The notes: generated by a model not told the origin, from the sequence alone. Shown: positions 1 through 12,954, counted from the whole stretch's first letter. The stretch: DNA of 63,238 nucleotides, filler included, from Cercozoa sp. M6MM (GCA_040357565.1; 11 parts of 11 records of this genome joined end to end with filler, not necessarily neighbours in it), one strand, 5' to 3'. A program made the numbers and translations.

Positions 1-17
1 CCCCCCCCCCTCCCCAG

Positions 18-730
18 GTGAGCACGAACGACTCGCGTGTGCGACTGTACGATCTGGCCGACTACAGCATGGTGTCCAAGTTCAAGGGACACAGCAACGA
101 ACACCTGCAGATCGCCGCTCGTTTCGCCGATGAAGGTCGTCGCGTCATCACTGGCAGCGACGACGGCAACGTCTTCCTCTGGGACGTTCGTGTCGCACAT
201 CCGCAGGCACACGCGCAGGCTCAGCTTGTACATCTCTTCTCGGGTGAGGGGTAGGGGTAGGGGTAGGGGTAGGGGTAGGGGTAAAGGAAGGTAAAATGTG
301 GGGTAAACTGGGTGTGTAGGACGATGAGTCGCCACTCCAGTCGCCGGGAGCGCTGCTGCCGCAAACTACGACAGCGAAAGAGAGCACTCGACGAAAGTAC
401 GTGCGTGGCGGCGATCGAAACTCGTCGTTCGAATGTTTTAAAGCGCATGACTCGGCCATCCCGGTGGCCTTGCAGGTATACCCGCACCCCTACCTTTCGT
501 GCTTCATACCCTTACCCCTCCCACCCCCACAGGCGCCACTGGCGACGCTAGATCTGTCGCAAAAGGCGAGCAACGCACTGGTGAGCGAGCAGGAGATGCA
601 GCGTGTCAAGCACGACAACGCCGAGGTGCCGTACCTAGCACTGCCGATTCGACACCTCATTGTCACCTGCGATGAGCACGGCCTCATTCGCGTGTTTGAG
701 AATCGCGGCATGCCCGAGGGCTCTGGCTAG
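18..730 (+). CDS. WDR44: WD40-repeat protein WDR44 (rabphilin-11)-like, C-terminal exons (5' truncated)
   Basis: Spliced VSTNDSRVRLYDL..KFKG..QIAARF..VITGSDDGNVFLWD and DRNSSFECFKAHDS..LIVTCDEHGLIRVFEN resemble the WDR44 C-terminus (TSNDSRIRLYDL; DRN..IKAH). GT-AG introns at about 228-319 and 476-532; TAG at 728-730. Confidence 0.8.
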
Positions 731-764
731 TAGATAACGCTGCCACCTGTCGTTTTGAACCGCG

Positions 765-1517
765 CTATTCACTTGTTACAGACTGACTCAGATTATGCAG
801 GTCCGCGGGGATGAACAAAGAGAAAGAGTTATCAGTTTGTGGCTCTGCGATACTGCCTATCGTATAGAGCGGAGCTGTGACTGAACCTGTCTGAAAGCCT
901 GTCCTCTCGATTGAGCCTGCCAGTTGGGCAAAGAGAAAAACCTCATCTACTTGGCGTGGCATCAGCTGGTCAGTTACAGTCGTCCAGTTGGTCTCCTATT
1001 ATTGACTGAGAAAAAAGGTAGAGTCTGTTGGCGAAACATCATACCTCCTACTCGGCATTAGCTCAGTTGCACTGCGGTTTGTTCTCGCTTACGACTCCAC
1101 TTGGACGCAAACTGTGTGATTCCGGCTTTTGTATAGCTCTCTTCTGGACAGCGCCGGGAAGTCCCGGCAAATCGAATACACAAGCCGCGCCTTTTGCATT
1201 GTTTGCACCTTTTACTAAAACTGAGCAAACGCCCCATTCTCCAAACACACTGGCTTATTTACAGCACCAGCTATCTTTCTGTGCTTATCACAAAAGCTTA
1301 CGGCTCTCACTGGGCCCTGGGGGCGTATACGGCTGTTTTGAGCTCGAGTTTTTTTTTTGTATTCGGTGCGCGATGTGATCATCTGGGAAAGGAGCCAACG
1401 CGTAATCATGAAGTGCCCAACGGCTCCTTTCTCGTTTCTGACGAAAGCCCGCCTTGCGTGCGCTTAGCACAGTCGAAGGAAGAGGTATCATATCATCTCC
1501 CTGGAACGCGGTACCAT
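765..1517 (-). CDS. possible small multi-exon hypothetical protein
   Basis: Several short minus-strand ORFs flanked by plausible GT/AG sites (e.g. tag|ETNWTTVTDQLMPRQVDE|gt); no recognisable homology. Confidence 0.2.
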
Positions 1518-1592
1518 ACCGTGCAGGCAGCGTTTTTTGGCCTGATCGTGTATTTGGTATCAGCGACCAACGTGATTGTTGTCATAATCCAG

Positions 1593-4500
1593 ATGCTTCT
1601 TCTGCTGACTCTAACGTTGGCGCTGGCAACAGACGCACGCGTGGTTATTTGTAAGTTAGCGTTCGAGCTATTGTTGTCTCATTTGGTCTCAGAGATAGGC
1701 TACATTTGTTCAACAGCAACTGCACTAGCCCCGCAGGATCTTACGATCAGCCTCATCAACGACTGCACTGTAGCTTTCTTGGGTGCTGTTTGCCAGGCAT
1801 CTAGATGTGTGTGCGTGTGGCTGCAGCGTGTGCTGTCGTGGAATATTGCGACTGACCCCTCCTACCCGGTTAGTTTATCGATCCCACGGGGTGCTGGACC
1901 AAGTGTCTAAACTGAGTCATAACATAACTGTAGCTGCGAGACTATTCGGAGGAGTCACATGCTCTGTTGGACGTGCCACGGATAACTGGATCCTTAGGTT
2001 AATTTACTTTTTTCCAGTCTCGATCTTTAGATTGATCCAGAATGATAACGAACAGAAAGCTACGACATCACCTGTCGCCCTCCTGGTTTCGCTACCTATG
2101 CCGAGCAAGTCAAGGTGAGCTTTATGTTCAGAAGAAGCTCAAATTCTCTTCAATACTTGTGCGTGTTTAAAGGCAGTGAACAAGGCTCACGGTCGACCGG
2201 AGGACCAGACGTTCGACTGTCATTATCGGTTGTTTCGCGGCTATCCGAGACTGGATGAGTGTCTTTTCGTACCTGACGAGGATCTCTACTGGCACCGTAA
2301 GTTGCAGTCTACTCTGTGACTGGTGACAGGGGGGTCAATTTCAGTTTGAGTGTATTTTCCTGTACCCTGGCAGCCCTTCCGGTCGTGGATATGCGCACCG
2401 GTTTCGACATCAACTTAGGTAGTACTTTGTCTGTTTTAGGGTGGCATGTTTGCACCTATGCTGTTCTTCTGGCAGTACGAAATCTCGGTAGCACACAACA
2501 AAGTCCGTCGGCATTTATCAGAAATTATCATGCTGCCGCACGTCCCTTCAGTAAGTGGAAAACCTTCGCTGGCTTGAGTTGTTATAATCTTTTCTTGAAT
2601 CTGCAGCTCCGCGTTTTGAACTCCTGAATGGAGACCATCAGTTCGAACTGCGTTTCCACCACCCACCTGACGATTATCATCGGTCCACCTTGGAAGCTCG
2701 TGTACCTTGTGTTGTTACACCTGCAAACAACATCACGTTTGGCGTGTTGTGTTTAGTTCACCTTGTACGACCTCGAACTGCCCGAAGGAGAACGCGCAAT
2801 TTCCCAAAGAAAAGTCGTTGTGCGTTTCTTCTCAGTTTTCTTCTTTTTTGCTTTAATTCTTTCAGTTTCAATTATTTTTTTTTTACTTCTTTCAGTTTCT
2901 ACTTCGTTCCTGTCAGTTTTCAGTTTTCCTCGTGTTTACTTTCAATGTGTTTTTATTTAACTTGTCGATATGTGTGTGTGTGTGTGTCCGTGTTGTGCAG
3001 CTTCCGGCACTGCAGTCGATGTTGCGCAAGAACCGCGGCGATGCTTTCATGTTCGTTGAGACGTTCGAGTCACTGAATCGATCGGCTCGACTGCAGGTCG
3101 AGGTGGATTTCATGGACAGTGTCAAGTACGAGCGCGTATCGGATCGTGCCAGTGCTTCGACGGTTGTCCAGGCGCGTCCGCTGCCGTTCGAATTCGAAAG
3201 TGTTCTCACTACTGTCAATGGTACAATTTATATCTATCGTCAACTCATGCTTTTCCTAAATTTTATTTTCTCAACGGTTTGTGTTTAAATACAGAGGTCC
3301 CAGTGATCAAACTGAATTGGACTCCTGTGTTGAACTATCCCGACGCGCAAACAATCGGCATAGAACTCTGTTATCGCATAGCCAACTCAAACTTGAGTTT
3401 TTCCTGTGATTACTTGGACTCCTATCAGTTTTTCTGGTGCGTTCTTTTTCTTCTATTTTCGTTGCGACTTTTTGAAGAAGCAAAGCAAGAAAACGGTTTG
3501 ACAGGAACTACACGACGGTGGCGCTTTCGCAATTGGACTCTATTGTCATTGGCTACGAGTGAGTCTCATTTATGACAGCGCTTCTTCAGTTCTCTCTGTC
3601 TGGGCCGACGAAGGTTTGCTATTCTCAGGCACGAAGTGATCTTGGCTGCAATAAACGACTATGGCAAACGTAACAGTTCGAACAGTAACTCGGTACAATC
3701 TGTTCGGCTGTTTGTATTTTTATTAACTGAAAAGCTGGAAATTTGCGACTTTAGATCAAGGTCGGTTTCGAGCCGACGCAGGTGCGAGACTTGACCCACG
3801 TGGTTGTGGACTACGACCACAACACACTAGTGACGGTGCTGATCACGTGGGACCCTCCTGCCGATTCGGGTACTGGCGAGCGCCCGATCAGGAATTACTC
3901 AGTCGGTGTCACTGGAGGTAACGACACGACGTGGTACGTCTCACCGGTTGACTACCTTGAGGTAGAAGTCGAGTACATGACGAACTACACTGTTGAGGTA
4001 AATTTGGACTGCTTGCCTTCTTTTACATTGTGATTGATTGATTGATTTTGGCGAAACATTTTTTAAAAAGGTGATTTCAACCAACGCACTGGAGATGGTG
4101 TCGCAAGTCACCACAATCGAGATGAACATTGGTGAACTTAAGGAACAACTAAGTGCTCCTGTTCTGCAAGAAGTCGCTCACCCTCGTGTCAACACGATCG
4201 ATGTGAGGTACTTAAGTTCGGCTTCTAAATTTACAGTCTCGATTATTCAATTACAGTTATGTGCGTGTCTATCTGTAACAGTTGGAAGCATGTGCCACTG
4301 GCACAAGGCTACGTGGTCGAAGTTATCGACAACGAGTCTTCGCATGCGAAGCAGTCCTACTACTACAACGTTACCGTCTCAAGTATGACAATTCCCCACC
4401 TTTTTATCAGTGTGATATTCGAGTTAAGAGTTAACTTTAACGAGCACAGATGTCTCATCGACGGAACTGTTGTTGCAGCATCAGTTCGTCGACGTGGCCG

Positions 4501-5613
4501 CGGGTTTCGTACACGTGACGATTGCTCCTGTTCGCTTCAAAATTGTGGGCAACCTGACCATGACGGAATCTTTCTACTGTACACACAACTGCTTTTAAGT
4601 TTGGACTGGAATTCCAAATGGACCGATTAATTCACTGTGAATTTAGGCATTGGCACTCCCGAGACTCCAAAAACTGTTCGTGCAGAGTTCTCGGGTAATT
4701 TGCACAATGATGTTTCGATTTCTGGTAGATCTGCCTGCTGACTAGGTGAGCCCACCAGTTCGATTAAAATCGACATGCATGTGGCTTGGTACCCCCCAAC
4801 TTCCATTCTGATGTCTATAAAAACAAAGAAAGTTGTATCTGTTCTCCAGGCAAGAAGAAGTCTGGCCGCAGCATGCTGAACTCGCGTTGAAACACGTCGT
4901 CGCTCTGACCGGCAAGGAGGAACAGATCGCGAGCTATGTAAATCTCAACTGTACTCCTATCATATTGGCATCCTTATTGGGTTCTGCTGTAGACTTTGAA
5001 AGACAAGCAGTCGCTCACAGTGTCGGGCATGTACAACACTGTCGACTTTGACTTCTACGTGCGTGCTCGTGTGCACAACGACCTCGCTGCGTCTGCATGG
5101 ACCGAGTGGATTCTCGTCTCGGAAGATAAGGTACACTTTCCATGAGCAATAAGCCATCGAGTCATTTTTTATCTCGTAACTTTAGTTGACTCTGTCTGAC
5201 GTCATTGATTCGGCCAATGATTCGAACCCAACTGCTGAGGAGGAGTCTTTGCCTACTTTCGGCATTGTGGTACAGTTAAATGAATTCTGTAAATTAAGAT
5301 TTCAATTGTGTCTTTCATTTTAGCTTATCGTCGTGGCGTTCTTGTTGCTGCTGGCGCTTACAATTGTGTGCTACCGGCGTCGTAGGGCCGCCAAGTTTAT
5401 GTAAGTTGAATTTACTCGTTTCTTGCCAACTGAATTTAATCTGTGTTTTGTGTGTCGCTCAGGGCAAAGCTGGCCGATCAGTTGGAGGCACCTGAGCCGG
5501 ATCTGTGTCCCTTTGAAAGTAATCCCACTCGAGAATCCAAGGCCGACGATGATGGTATTGTACTGGACGCCGTTGTACTCGAAACTGCAGACAGCTACGA
5601 AATTGTGCTCTGA
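1593..5613 (+). CDS. type I membrane protein with fibronectin type III-like repeats (multi-exon)
   Basis: Signal peptide MLLLLTLTLALATDA at 1593; FN3-like motifs (LNWTP, ITWDPPADSG..PIRNYSV, VAWYPP, YTVEV); hydrophobic TM segment LIVVAFLLLLALTIVC then YRRRR; short tail ending YEIVL-TGA at 5613. Exon boundaries approximate. Confidence 0.6.
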
Positions 5614-6048
5614 ATTTCGTCGAATTTAAATTTGAATTTAAACTTACTATAAATTTACTAATTTACCAATATGAGTCGAGTTTCGTCTTACTGGGCTACG
5701 TTCAGAACGGATAAACACGAGTAGGTACATCCGACAAAACGCTGCCTCCGCGACGCGACAGTGCGGTGAATCCATGATAAGTCCGATTCGTCTGCGTTCA
5801 GTAAGATTCTTTTGGGCATTGCTTCAGTCGCCCGTTCCATTGCGTGGCAAAACAGTAAAATCTGGCTCTAAGTCCACACCACTGGTACCATGCCCCGTAC
5901 TTTATCCGTGAAGCGTCCGGACGCTTGCTGAGTCGAAGAGAAATCGAAAGGAGCGTTTTTCCCCGTATCGCCTCCTACAAACGCCGTCTGTGATAACTTG
6001 AGTAAGCTTTTGGCACGGTGCGACTATTGGGACTATCGTGAGCAGCGT

Positions 6049-8892
6049 ATGTCAACCGTGAGTACTAAAACCAGCGAACCGAGCGAACCGAGCGAGCGGA
6101 CTGGAACTCAGCAGCAGAGTGGTTCGTTCCAGGGAGATATTGTGCTGAGCGACCGAGATTTTGACGATGAAGACGAAACTGAGGCAATCCCGCTCGAAAA
6201 TCTCATCGACCGCGTCGTCGATCAGTTAGGTCCGTTGCTTTCGACGACGGACGAGGCTGAACGTGCGCAGCTGTTGAATCGTCGCTTCTTGTGCTCAATG
6301 CTACATGCGGTGGCCGCGCGTCCCGAGTTCAACATGCACCAGCGTTTTGTGCTGCTTGAAACAGAGCGAGTGGCAGCACCAGAGAAAGCAGCCGGTGAAA
6401 ACGAAGCTCAGCATGCTGAATCCTCCGTTGAGAGTTGGACAAACACGCTCAAGACACGATTCAGCAGCGATACGACCTTCAGTTCAGTCGGGCACATTTA
6501 TGCCTCTTCCGAAGACGGCGACAAGAGCATCTCCTCACTGACAGACGAAGGTGTGGGAGAAGTGCGCTGGGCACTCGAACTGCCAGGCAACTTTGAGCAA
6601 GTCGAACGATTCGTCTGTGCGGTAGCGGAAGCTGCGCTGGATCGCAAAGACTGTTTAAACTCAGTGCTTCGTATGCAAGCTGTCATTGAGAGTGCAGCTT
6701 CGCAGGTAGGATCCCATCACACTAAATCTAAGCTCTTAATTTTGCTTTTGATTGATTGTGCATGGCCAGATTCGCCGAAAAATGGTGTTTCGAGAAAAAA
6801 GCTTTGATGAGTGGCTCGCAGAGGCGCTCGACGTAGCGTGCGACGCGTGCGATGCGCTCTCGTACCGCGAGTCCCAAAGCCAGTTCGGGTTGGCACGGTT
6901 TGAAAGTCGTGGAGGAAACGTTGGCACTCTCGTGCAGCGACACGCTGTTCGAATCGCCGCAGTTCTCGAAGCTCGTCTGTGCGAACAACCCGAAAACTGG
7001 CGCAGCTTTCTTCAGTCCGGCGACATTCAAACAACGCAATCGTCCTTTGCAACAACAATCCTAAACGAAATGGAGCACGCTGCTCTCCGTGATCTTCGCG
7101 AAACGGTAGCTCGCACACTTCGAAAGGCGCAGGACATCGCGCTCAAGCGAGCACCGGCAAAAGCTCGCATTTTCACTCTCCGAAGGGTAATTCGCGCCAC
7201 ACTCGGCGAACGTCTTTTCGCTCTATGTGCGAAACGAGCTGGTGGTGCAGGTATCAAGCAGGTGCTTGGTCAGTCACGAACTGAGCTCCAGGCCCTGCGC
7301 GATGCACTGCAGCTCGCTGTGTCTCAAGCCGAGGAGAAAGCATACGTGAGACTCGCGCTGCTGGAAAAGGAAGATCAGAACCTGGGCTGTTTGGAGACTG
7401 CACAAAAAGACCTGCGTCTTGAAGTCCTCCATGCTAGACAGACGATCCGCTTTCTCGATGAACTGAATGCGGGAACCGACTATAGCGCCGATGTGACTCA
7501 GCAGTGCGGCGAGCGAATGGACACACTTGTCAAAAGACTCGATCTCGCCTACGAAGAAGCTCCGCCGAAGAAAAATAACGCCAAAGCCTACGCAGCTTGG
7601 AGAAAAGCGCTGACTCCGTGTTTCCTGGAGCTTTTTGAGATATGGCGCGCTGTTGTGGCCGAGCGGCAAGCCACGTTTGCTCGACAGCAGCTGCTTTCTT
7701 TGTTGATGCTATTCCAGGACGAATACACTAGCAAAATCTCGTCCGACGATATGGAAAACTTGTTGCAAGGTGACAGCATCTGCAAGAACGGGTTTGAAAT
7801 GGTCCCGGAGCCTGTCGAAGGCATCGAACCCCTCGAATTGCCCGAAATAAAACTCAGCGAGCTTCTGGATCTTTGGTCTGCTGATGCAGAAAGCGAACTG
7901 CCCGATCTCGCACGTGTCATTCCTGACGATGAAAGCACGACAAAGAACGAAGCTGTACGAGAAGCACTCGTGTTGTACCACCTCCAAAGTCATGGCTCCG
8001 TGGTAGAACTCGACGGACACTGTATTTTCTCTCACTCAGTTGGCAGTGCTTGTTTGTGTACAGCCCAAAATAACCACAGGCCCAATGTGCTTCTGCGAGA
8101 AAGAGGCGTCAGTGATTCCAGGACGATTGGCGTCGGCGCTCCTGCTGTGCCACGGCCTGCTCTACAGTTTTTGCGACGAGGAGTCTCTTCTGCGCTACGC
8201 ACGCGACGCAGATGTTTGGCAACGAAAGACTGGCGACTGCATCTTGCGTCACCCCGAGTGCGCTCTCATGCTTGGAGTGTACAAGGAGTTGCCTCACTTG
8301 GGACGTCCCGGTGCGGAAAGCGGGTACCCTTTTGCTTTTGTATCCGTTTCCTACTGTACCCACACGCATTAGCGATGTTCCTGGCGGCGAGCGTGATGCT
8401 GTCGCTGCCGTACGGGCTCCAGTGCGCCACCTGCCGCAGTTGGCACCCAGTGCAGTACGCAGTGTCGGCACAGAGACACCGAGACACTTCCCGCGTCCCG
8501 TCTACAAGAACTACAGCAGCGACGAGTGGGAACTCCGACGTCGAGCCTTGTTGGCCGTGCGACTGCGACACTGCCGCCACAGCGGAGCTCAAACAATCGA
8601 GAGCACCTTCCGGCGCGATGCCTCCACACAGGACACTGTGCCTATGTAAACTCTCCTCTCTCTCTCTCTCTCTCTCCCTCCCTCTCTCTCTCTCTCTCCG
8701 TGTTTGTAGATTATATGCACACCTGTGTTTAGGCCACTCAAGGACGGAAGTATGCCGGCCAGCAGCACCAACACCAAGGTGAGTAAGCACACCAACACCA
8801 CCTCGCTGCAACGTCGCCTCGTGCGTCTTCCCGCCAACAAAGTTGTGCAGTCATCTGCCATCGTCACTGACTACAACGTTAACACACGATAG
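6049..8892 (+). CDS. CFAP206: cilia- and flagella-associated protein 206 (radial-spoke adaptor)
   Basis: Motifs SMLHAVAARPEFN, VLRMQ, GERLFA..GGAGI, VELDGHC, VIPG and especially SVGTETPRHF..YSSDEWELRRRALLAVRLR..SGAQTIESTFRRDASTQ match the CFAP206 signature (STQT..YEWNEWELRRKAIKL..SVQT..RR..SQ). Four GT-AG introns; TAG at 8890-8892. Confidence 0.8.
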
Positions 8893-9155
8893 TTGTTAAC
8901 TTTCTGGTGACCTTTCCGTACACGCCGGACGTCGGGTTGCGTTGGGAGGCTACTATTGTATTCTACATACAGTATGTCCTGCTCGTACAGGATCAACGCA
9001 ACGAACGGAACGCAGCTAGCCTGACTAGATTTCGTTTCGCGTTCTCGTCACGATCAGATTTGCTTCGCGCACAATTACCATTATACTGTATAATCACCAC
9101 TTATAACACCGACGGTTTAGTTTCCGCCAGACGGGAGTCGAGTCACAGACGGTGT

Positions 9156-10517
9156 CTACTTGATGTAGCGGTCCATGAACTTGCGATGCGCGTCGTTGCG
9201 CGTCGTGTCGTTAACAAAGCGCTTCTCGACGCGATCGGCCTTACCCACGGCCTGGTTGCGGAACACGGACGACTCGGTCCAGGCGCGCGACGAACTGAAG
9301 GTGCGCGACTCCTGCGAGCGCAGCAGCGGGTTCGACATGGCCGCCGCCTCGTCGCGCTCGCGCTCGGCTTTCTCGGCCGCCGCTCGCTCAGCGGCTGCAC
9401 AGGAAAATTAAAGCGGCATGCGCAAACAAGAAACGCCAAGCACACCGAAACACAACGAAAAGCGCGAAACACGTCGAAGCAAAGCGAAAAACACGCGAAG
9501 CAAAGCGAAAAAAACACGCGAAGCACAGCGAAAAACACAAGCGAAGCAAAGCGAAAAACAAGCGAAGCACAGCGAAAAACAAGCGAAGCAAAGCGAAAAA
9601 CAAGCGAAAAAGACAGAGTGTACCAGCGCGCTCGGCGATTTTTTCGGCCTTGAGCTGCTCGAGCATTTTGCGCAGCTGCGCGTCCTCGTCGTCGCTGTCG
9701 CTGTCGCTGCTGTCGTCGCTGTCGCTGCTCACGATGCTGACGTCGCTGTCGTCAAACTGTTCGAGATCAGCTTCCTCGGAAACGGCGACTGCTTCGCTCT
9801 CCTCCGACTGCTGCGCCGCTTCGCTCTCCTCTGTTTCGCTTTCGGCCTGCAAGCTTCGCTTCTCCTCCTCGATGGCGCGAAGCTTCTCCTGCTCTCGCTC
9901 ACTCAGACGGCCCTTACGCCGCCTGCCCACAGCACTCGAATACTCCAACAAAGCAACACACAGCTAAAGCTCTCAAGCGAAACTCAAGTACAAGCTAAAC
10001 AAAGCTAAAGCAAAGCTAAAGCAAAGCTAAAACAAAGCGAAAGCAAAAACCAAAGCAAGAAACTACCGTTCGCGAAGCTGCTTTTCGAGGTGCTCCAACT
10101 CGCGCTGGCGCAGTTCCTGCAGAACAAAGCTTCTAACATGCAAAAGCGAAAGCAGAAAGCTAAAGCAAAAAGCGAAAAGCTAAAGCTGAAAGCGAAAAGC
10201 TAAAGCCGAATGTACCGCCTTAAGATCGCGCTTGTTGGCCTCGTCACCTTCGGCGTGACGACGACGCTTCAGCGGCTTGCTCGGCACGTCGAACTTGCTG
10301 CGCGACGTCGTGGGCAGATGAAACCGGTAGCCACCTGTGACAACAAGCAGAGAATCAACACCCCAGACCCTCCGTCACTCTGACTCTGTGTACCCTGGTG
10401 CTCCGACGCGAGCGCCGGGTGGAATGTCGGTCTGTGCGCTGTCGTCTAAGCAATGCGAAAGCCAATACAAACACCAAAATCAAAAGTCACCAAACAAAAA
10501 ACTGTCCCACTCACCAT
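9156..10517 (-). CDS. CWC15: spliceosome-associated protein CWC15/Cwf15
   Basis: ATG-only first coding exon (10517-10515) then TTAHRPTFHPA; acidic middle DDEDAQLRKMLEQLKAEK; C-terminus SNPLL..RAWTESSVFRNQA..KRFVNDTTRNDAHRKFMDRYIK-TAG. Confidence 0.92.
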
Positions 10518-10812
10518 CTTAAGAGTCTCTGACTTTCTTGACTGCTCAAACGACTACCACAAGAATGTGCACGCCCAAAACAGTGGTCTACGAGACGGGA
10601 CAAGGCTAGAACGCAGCAAGTGTAGCCGCGAATAATTTTAAAGAAAATTCGACTGGCGCACGATGGGCTGCTGAAGTGCCTCACGTCTTACAGCGACCCC
10701 AAACCTAGTCTACGTTTCCTTGACCAGCGTCGTCGTGTTTTGGGCGGTGTGGTGTGAAACCTTTTCTGAGTGTTGGTTGTCTCGCTCTTTGAAAGAAGAA
10801 GCACACACACAA
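10518..10812. promoter_or_regulatory. putative bidirectional promoter (CWC15/BUB3)
   Basis: About 295 bp between the divergent start codons, with an AT-rich core at 10631-10650; inferred from gene geometry only. Confidence 0.45.
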
Positions 10813-12396
10813 ATGTCGACAGTGATCAAGGCCGAGGGCGATGTCCTTTTGCAGGAGCCGCCCAGTGATGGCATCACGCGCGTGCGTTTCTCGCCGACGT
10901 CCGAGTCGCTGCTGGCTGTGACGTCGTGGGATGCGGTAGAGCTGCCTCTTTTTCTCTCTTCATTGCTTGACTCAGAATCGACGAGATTTCGCCTTTTTTC
11001 GCATTATTTCGCGTGATTTCGCGTTATTTCGCATTTGTTCGCATTGTTTCGCGTTGTTACTTTGCTTTGTGAAAAACTACAGAGCGTGAGCTTGCACCGC
11101 GTGCACCAAGACGCCGCCGTGTGCGTCAAGAAGAGTACGGCCGCTCGTGGTGCGCTGCTCGATGTGCAGTTCGATGCCGCCGGAAACAGTCTGCTGGCGG
11201 CCGGTCTGGTACCTTAAAAAGCTTTATGTGCTCAAAGCTTTGCTGCGAAAGCTTCAGTGCGAAAGCTTTGCTTCGAAAGCTTCGTGGCGAAAGCAGTGTT
11301 GATTTGAGTTGAAATGTGTAGGACCGCGATGTATGCGTGATGGACATTGAGAGCGGCCTGCGAACGCGTCTGGGCGCGCACGATCAGCGTAAGTTTTCTT
11401 TTGTCTTGAGTCTTGTTTTGTAAGTTCGAGCTCGTTTTGCAAAGCCGTGCGCTGCGTGGAATTCGCGAAAAACCGCCAAGTTTTCGTGACGGGCTCGTGG
11501 TAGCGTTTATGCCCCCCTCCTTTACCTTCCTGCTCTATGCCTTCCTGCCCTATACCTTCCTGTCCTTTACCTTGTTGTACCTTAATGCTTTCGTTCTTTT
11601 GGCAGGGACGGCACGGTGCGTCTGTGGGACGCGCGGAATGCGCAGGCGTCGGACGGTGCGACGACGTGCCAGGTCGGCAAGAGCGAGGTCGGCGCGCGCG
11701 TGTACTCGATGTCGTGCGGCGTGCGCAGTGGCGAAGATTTGCTGCTCGTGGCTGCCGCCGATCGCTCTGTGTCCATGTTCGATGTGCGACGTTTGGACAC
11801 GCCGCTGCAGAAGCGTGAGTCGCCGCTCAAGAATCAGTTGCGCTGTGTGGCGCTGTCGCCGGTAGCGTTTTGCCCACCCATCACACCTTGTTCTCTTTAC
11901 TCCCCCCCCCCCTTCTTCCCAGGATGGCGAACGCTTCTTGCTGTCGTCAGTGGAGGGCCGTGTGGCCGTGGAGTACGTGTCGGAGGCGCCCGAGCTGCGC
12001 AAGCGCAAGTTCGCGTTCAAGTGTCACCGACGCACGCGCGAGCAGGAGCAGCTCGTGTACCCTGTGCATTCGGTGGCATGGCACCCGACTGCTGGCACTT
12101 TCGCCACCGGCGGCGGCGACGGTGTCGTGTGTGTCTGGGACCCGGAACACAAGAAGCTCGTACATCAGTTCGCGCCGCAGCCGACCTCGGTGTCCTCGTT
12201 GGCCTTTGGCATCCCTGGTGCTAGTGGCCCGACCGACGTGCTGCTGGCCACGGCCGTCAGCTACGCATGGGAACAGGGACAGAAGGACGCGCCTGCCGAT
12301 CAGGTGCTGCTGCACCGCGTCACCGACAAGGAGGTCGTGCCTAAGAAACGTCGTGCCGCCGCTGCCGCCGCCGCTGCCGCTGCTGCCACCTCTTAG
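10813..12396 (+). CDS. BUB3: mitotic checkpoint WD40 protein BUB3
   Basis: PPSDGITRVRFSP..LLAVTSWD, RESPLKNQLRCV, SSVEGRVAVEY, KFAFKCHR, VYPVHSVAWHP..TFATGGGDGVVCVWD, AVSYAWEQG; the RVAVEY/ESPLK pattern favours Bub3 over Rae1. Confidence 0.88.
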
Positions 12397-12545
12397 CTTA
12401 GCGAAGCTACCGCTTGGTTCGTTGGAGAACTCGTTACTTACGCTACGTGCCAGCTCAGTTTGATTATGATCGTGTCGTGAGCGGAGCACCATCGATCCAT
12501 GAAGTCGACGACTTCGGTGTCTTGGGGTCACGTCAAAATGCTCTT

Positions 12546-12819
12546 CGCTTGTGACCCACCCCGGACTGGTGCAGGGAAACTACATAGTTTTCTAGAAGAC
12601 TAAACTAACTATGCTAGTGTCGTGAATCGTATGGGACGGTCGCGGTAGTAAGTAAAGCCGCGGTAGCTGGCGGGATCACCTGTGCCGACCTTGAAGAAGA
12701 CGTCCTGGGGAGCTTCAAAAAAGGGAGTCGGATGGCCCACCCTCGGCCATGCGCTTGTGACTCACCCCAGGACTGGTGCAGGGGAACTACAGGGTAGGTT
12801 TCTTCGTAGACTAAACTAA
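12546..12819. repeat. two imperfect direct repeats of about 65 bp (206-bp period)
   Basis: CGCTTGTGACYCACCCC(A)GGACTGGTGCAGGGRAACTACA...AGACTAAACTAA at 12546-12608 and 12752-12819. Confidence 0.8.
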
Positions 12820-12954
12820 GTGTAACTAAGCAAAGCCAGCTGCGGGCACATTCGATTCCGTAGGTATGTACTGAACGAATAAAACCATTGGCATCCTACG
12901 ACGGAATCCCGTCCTTGTGAACGAAACACGTGAAGACAGAGGAGCCAAGCGTAT

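Noticed and set aside
8907-10008. Plus-strand ORFs of 248 and 196 aa with K/A/E repeats
   Set aside because: Antisense to CWC15 and its repetitive introns.
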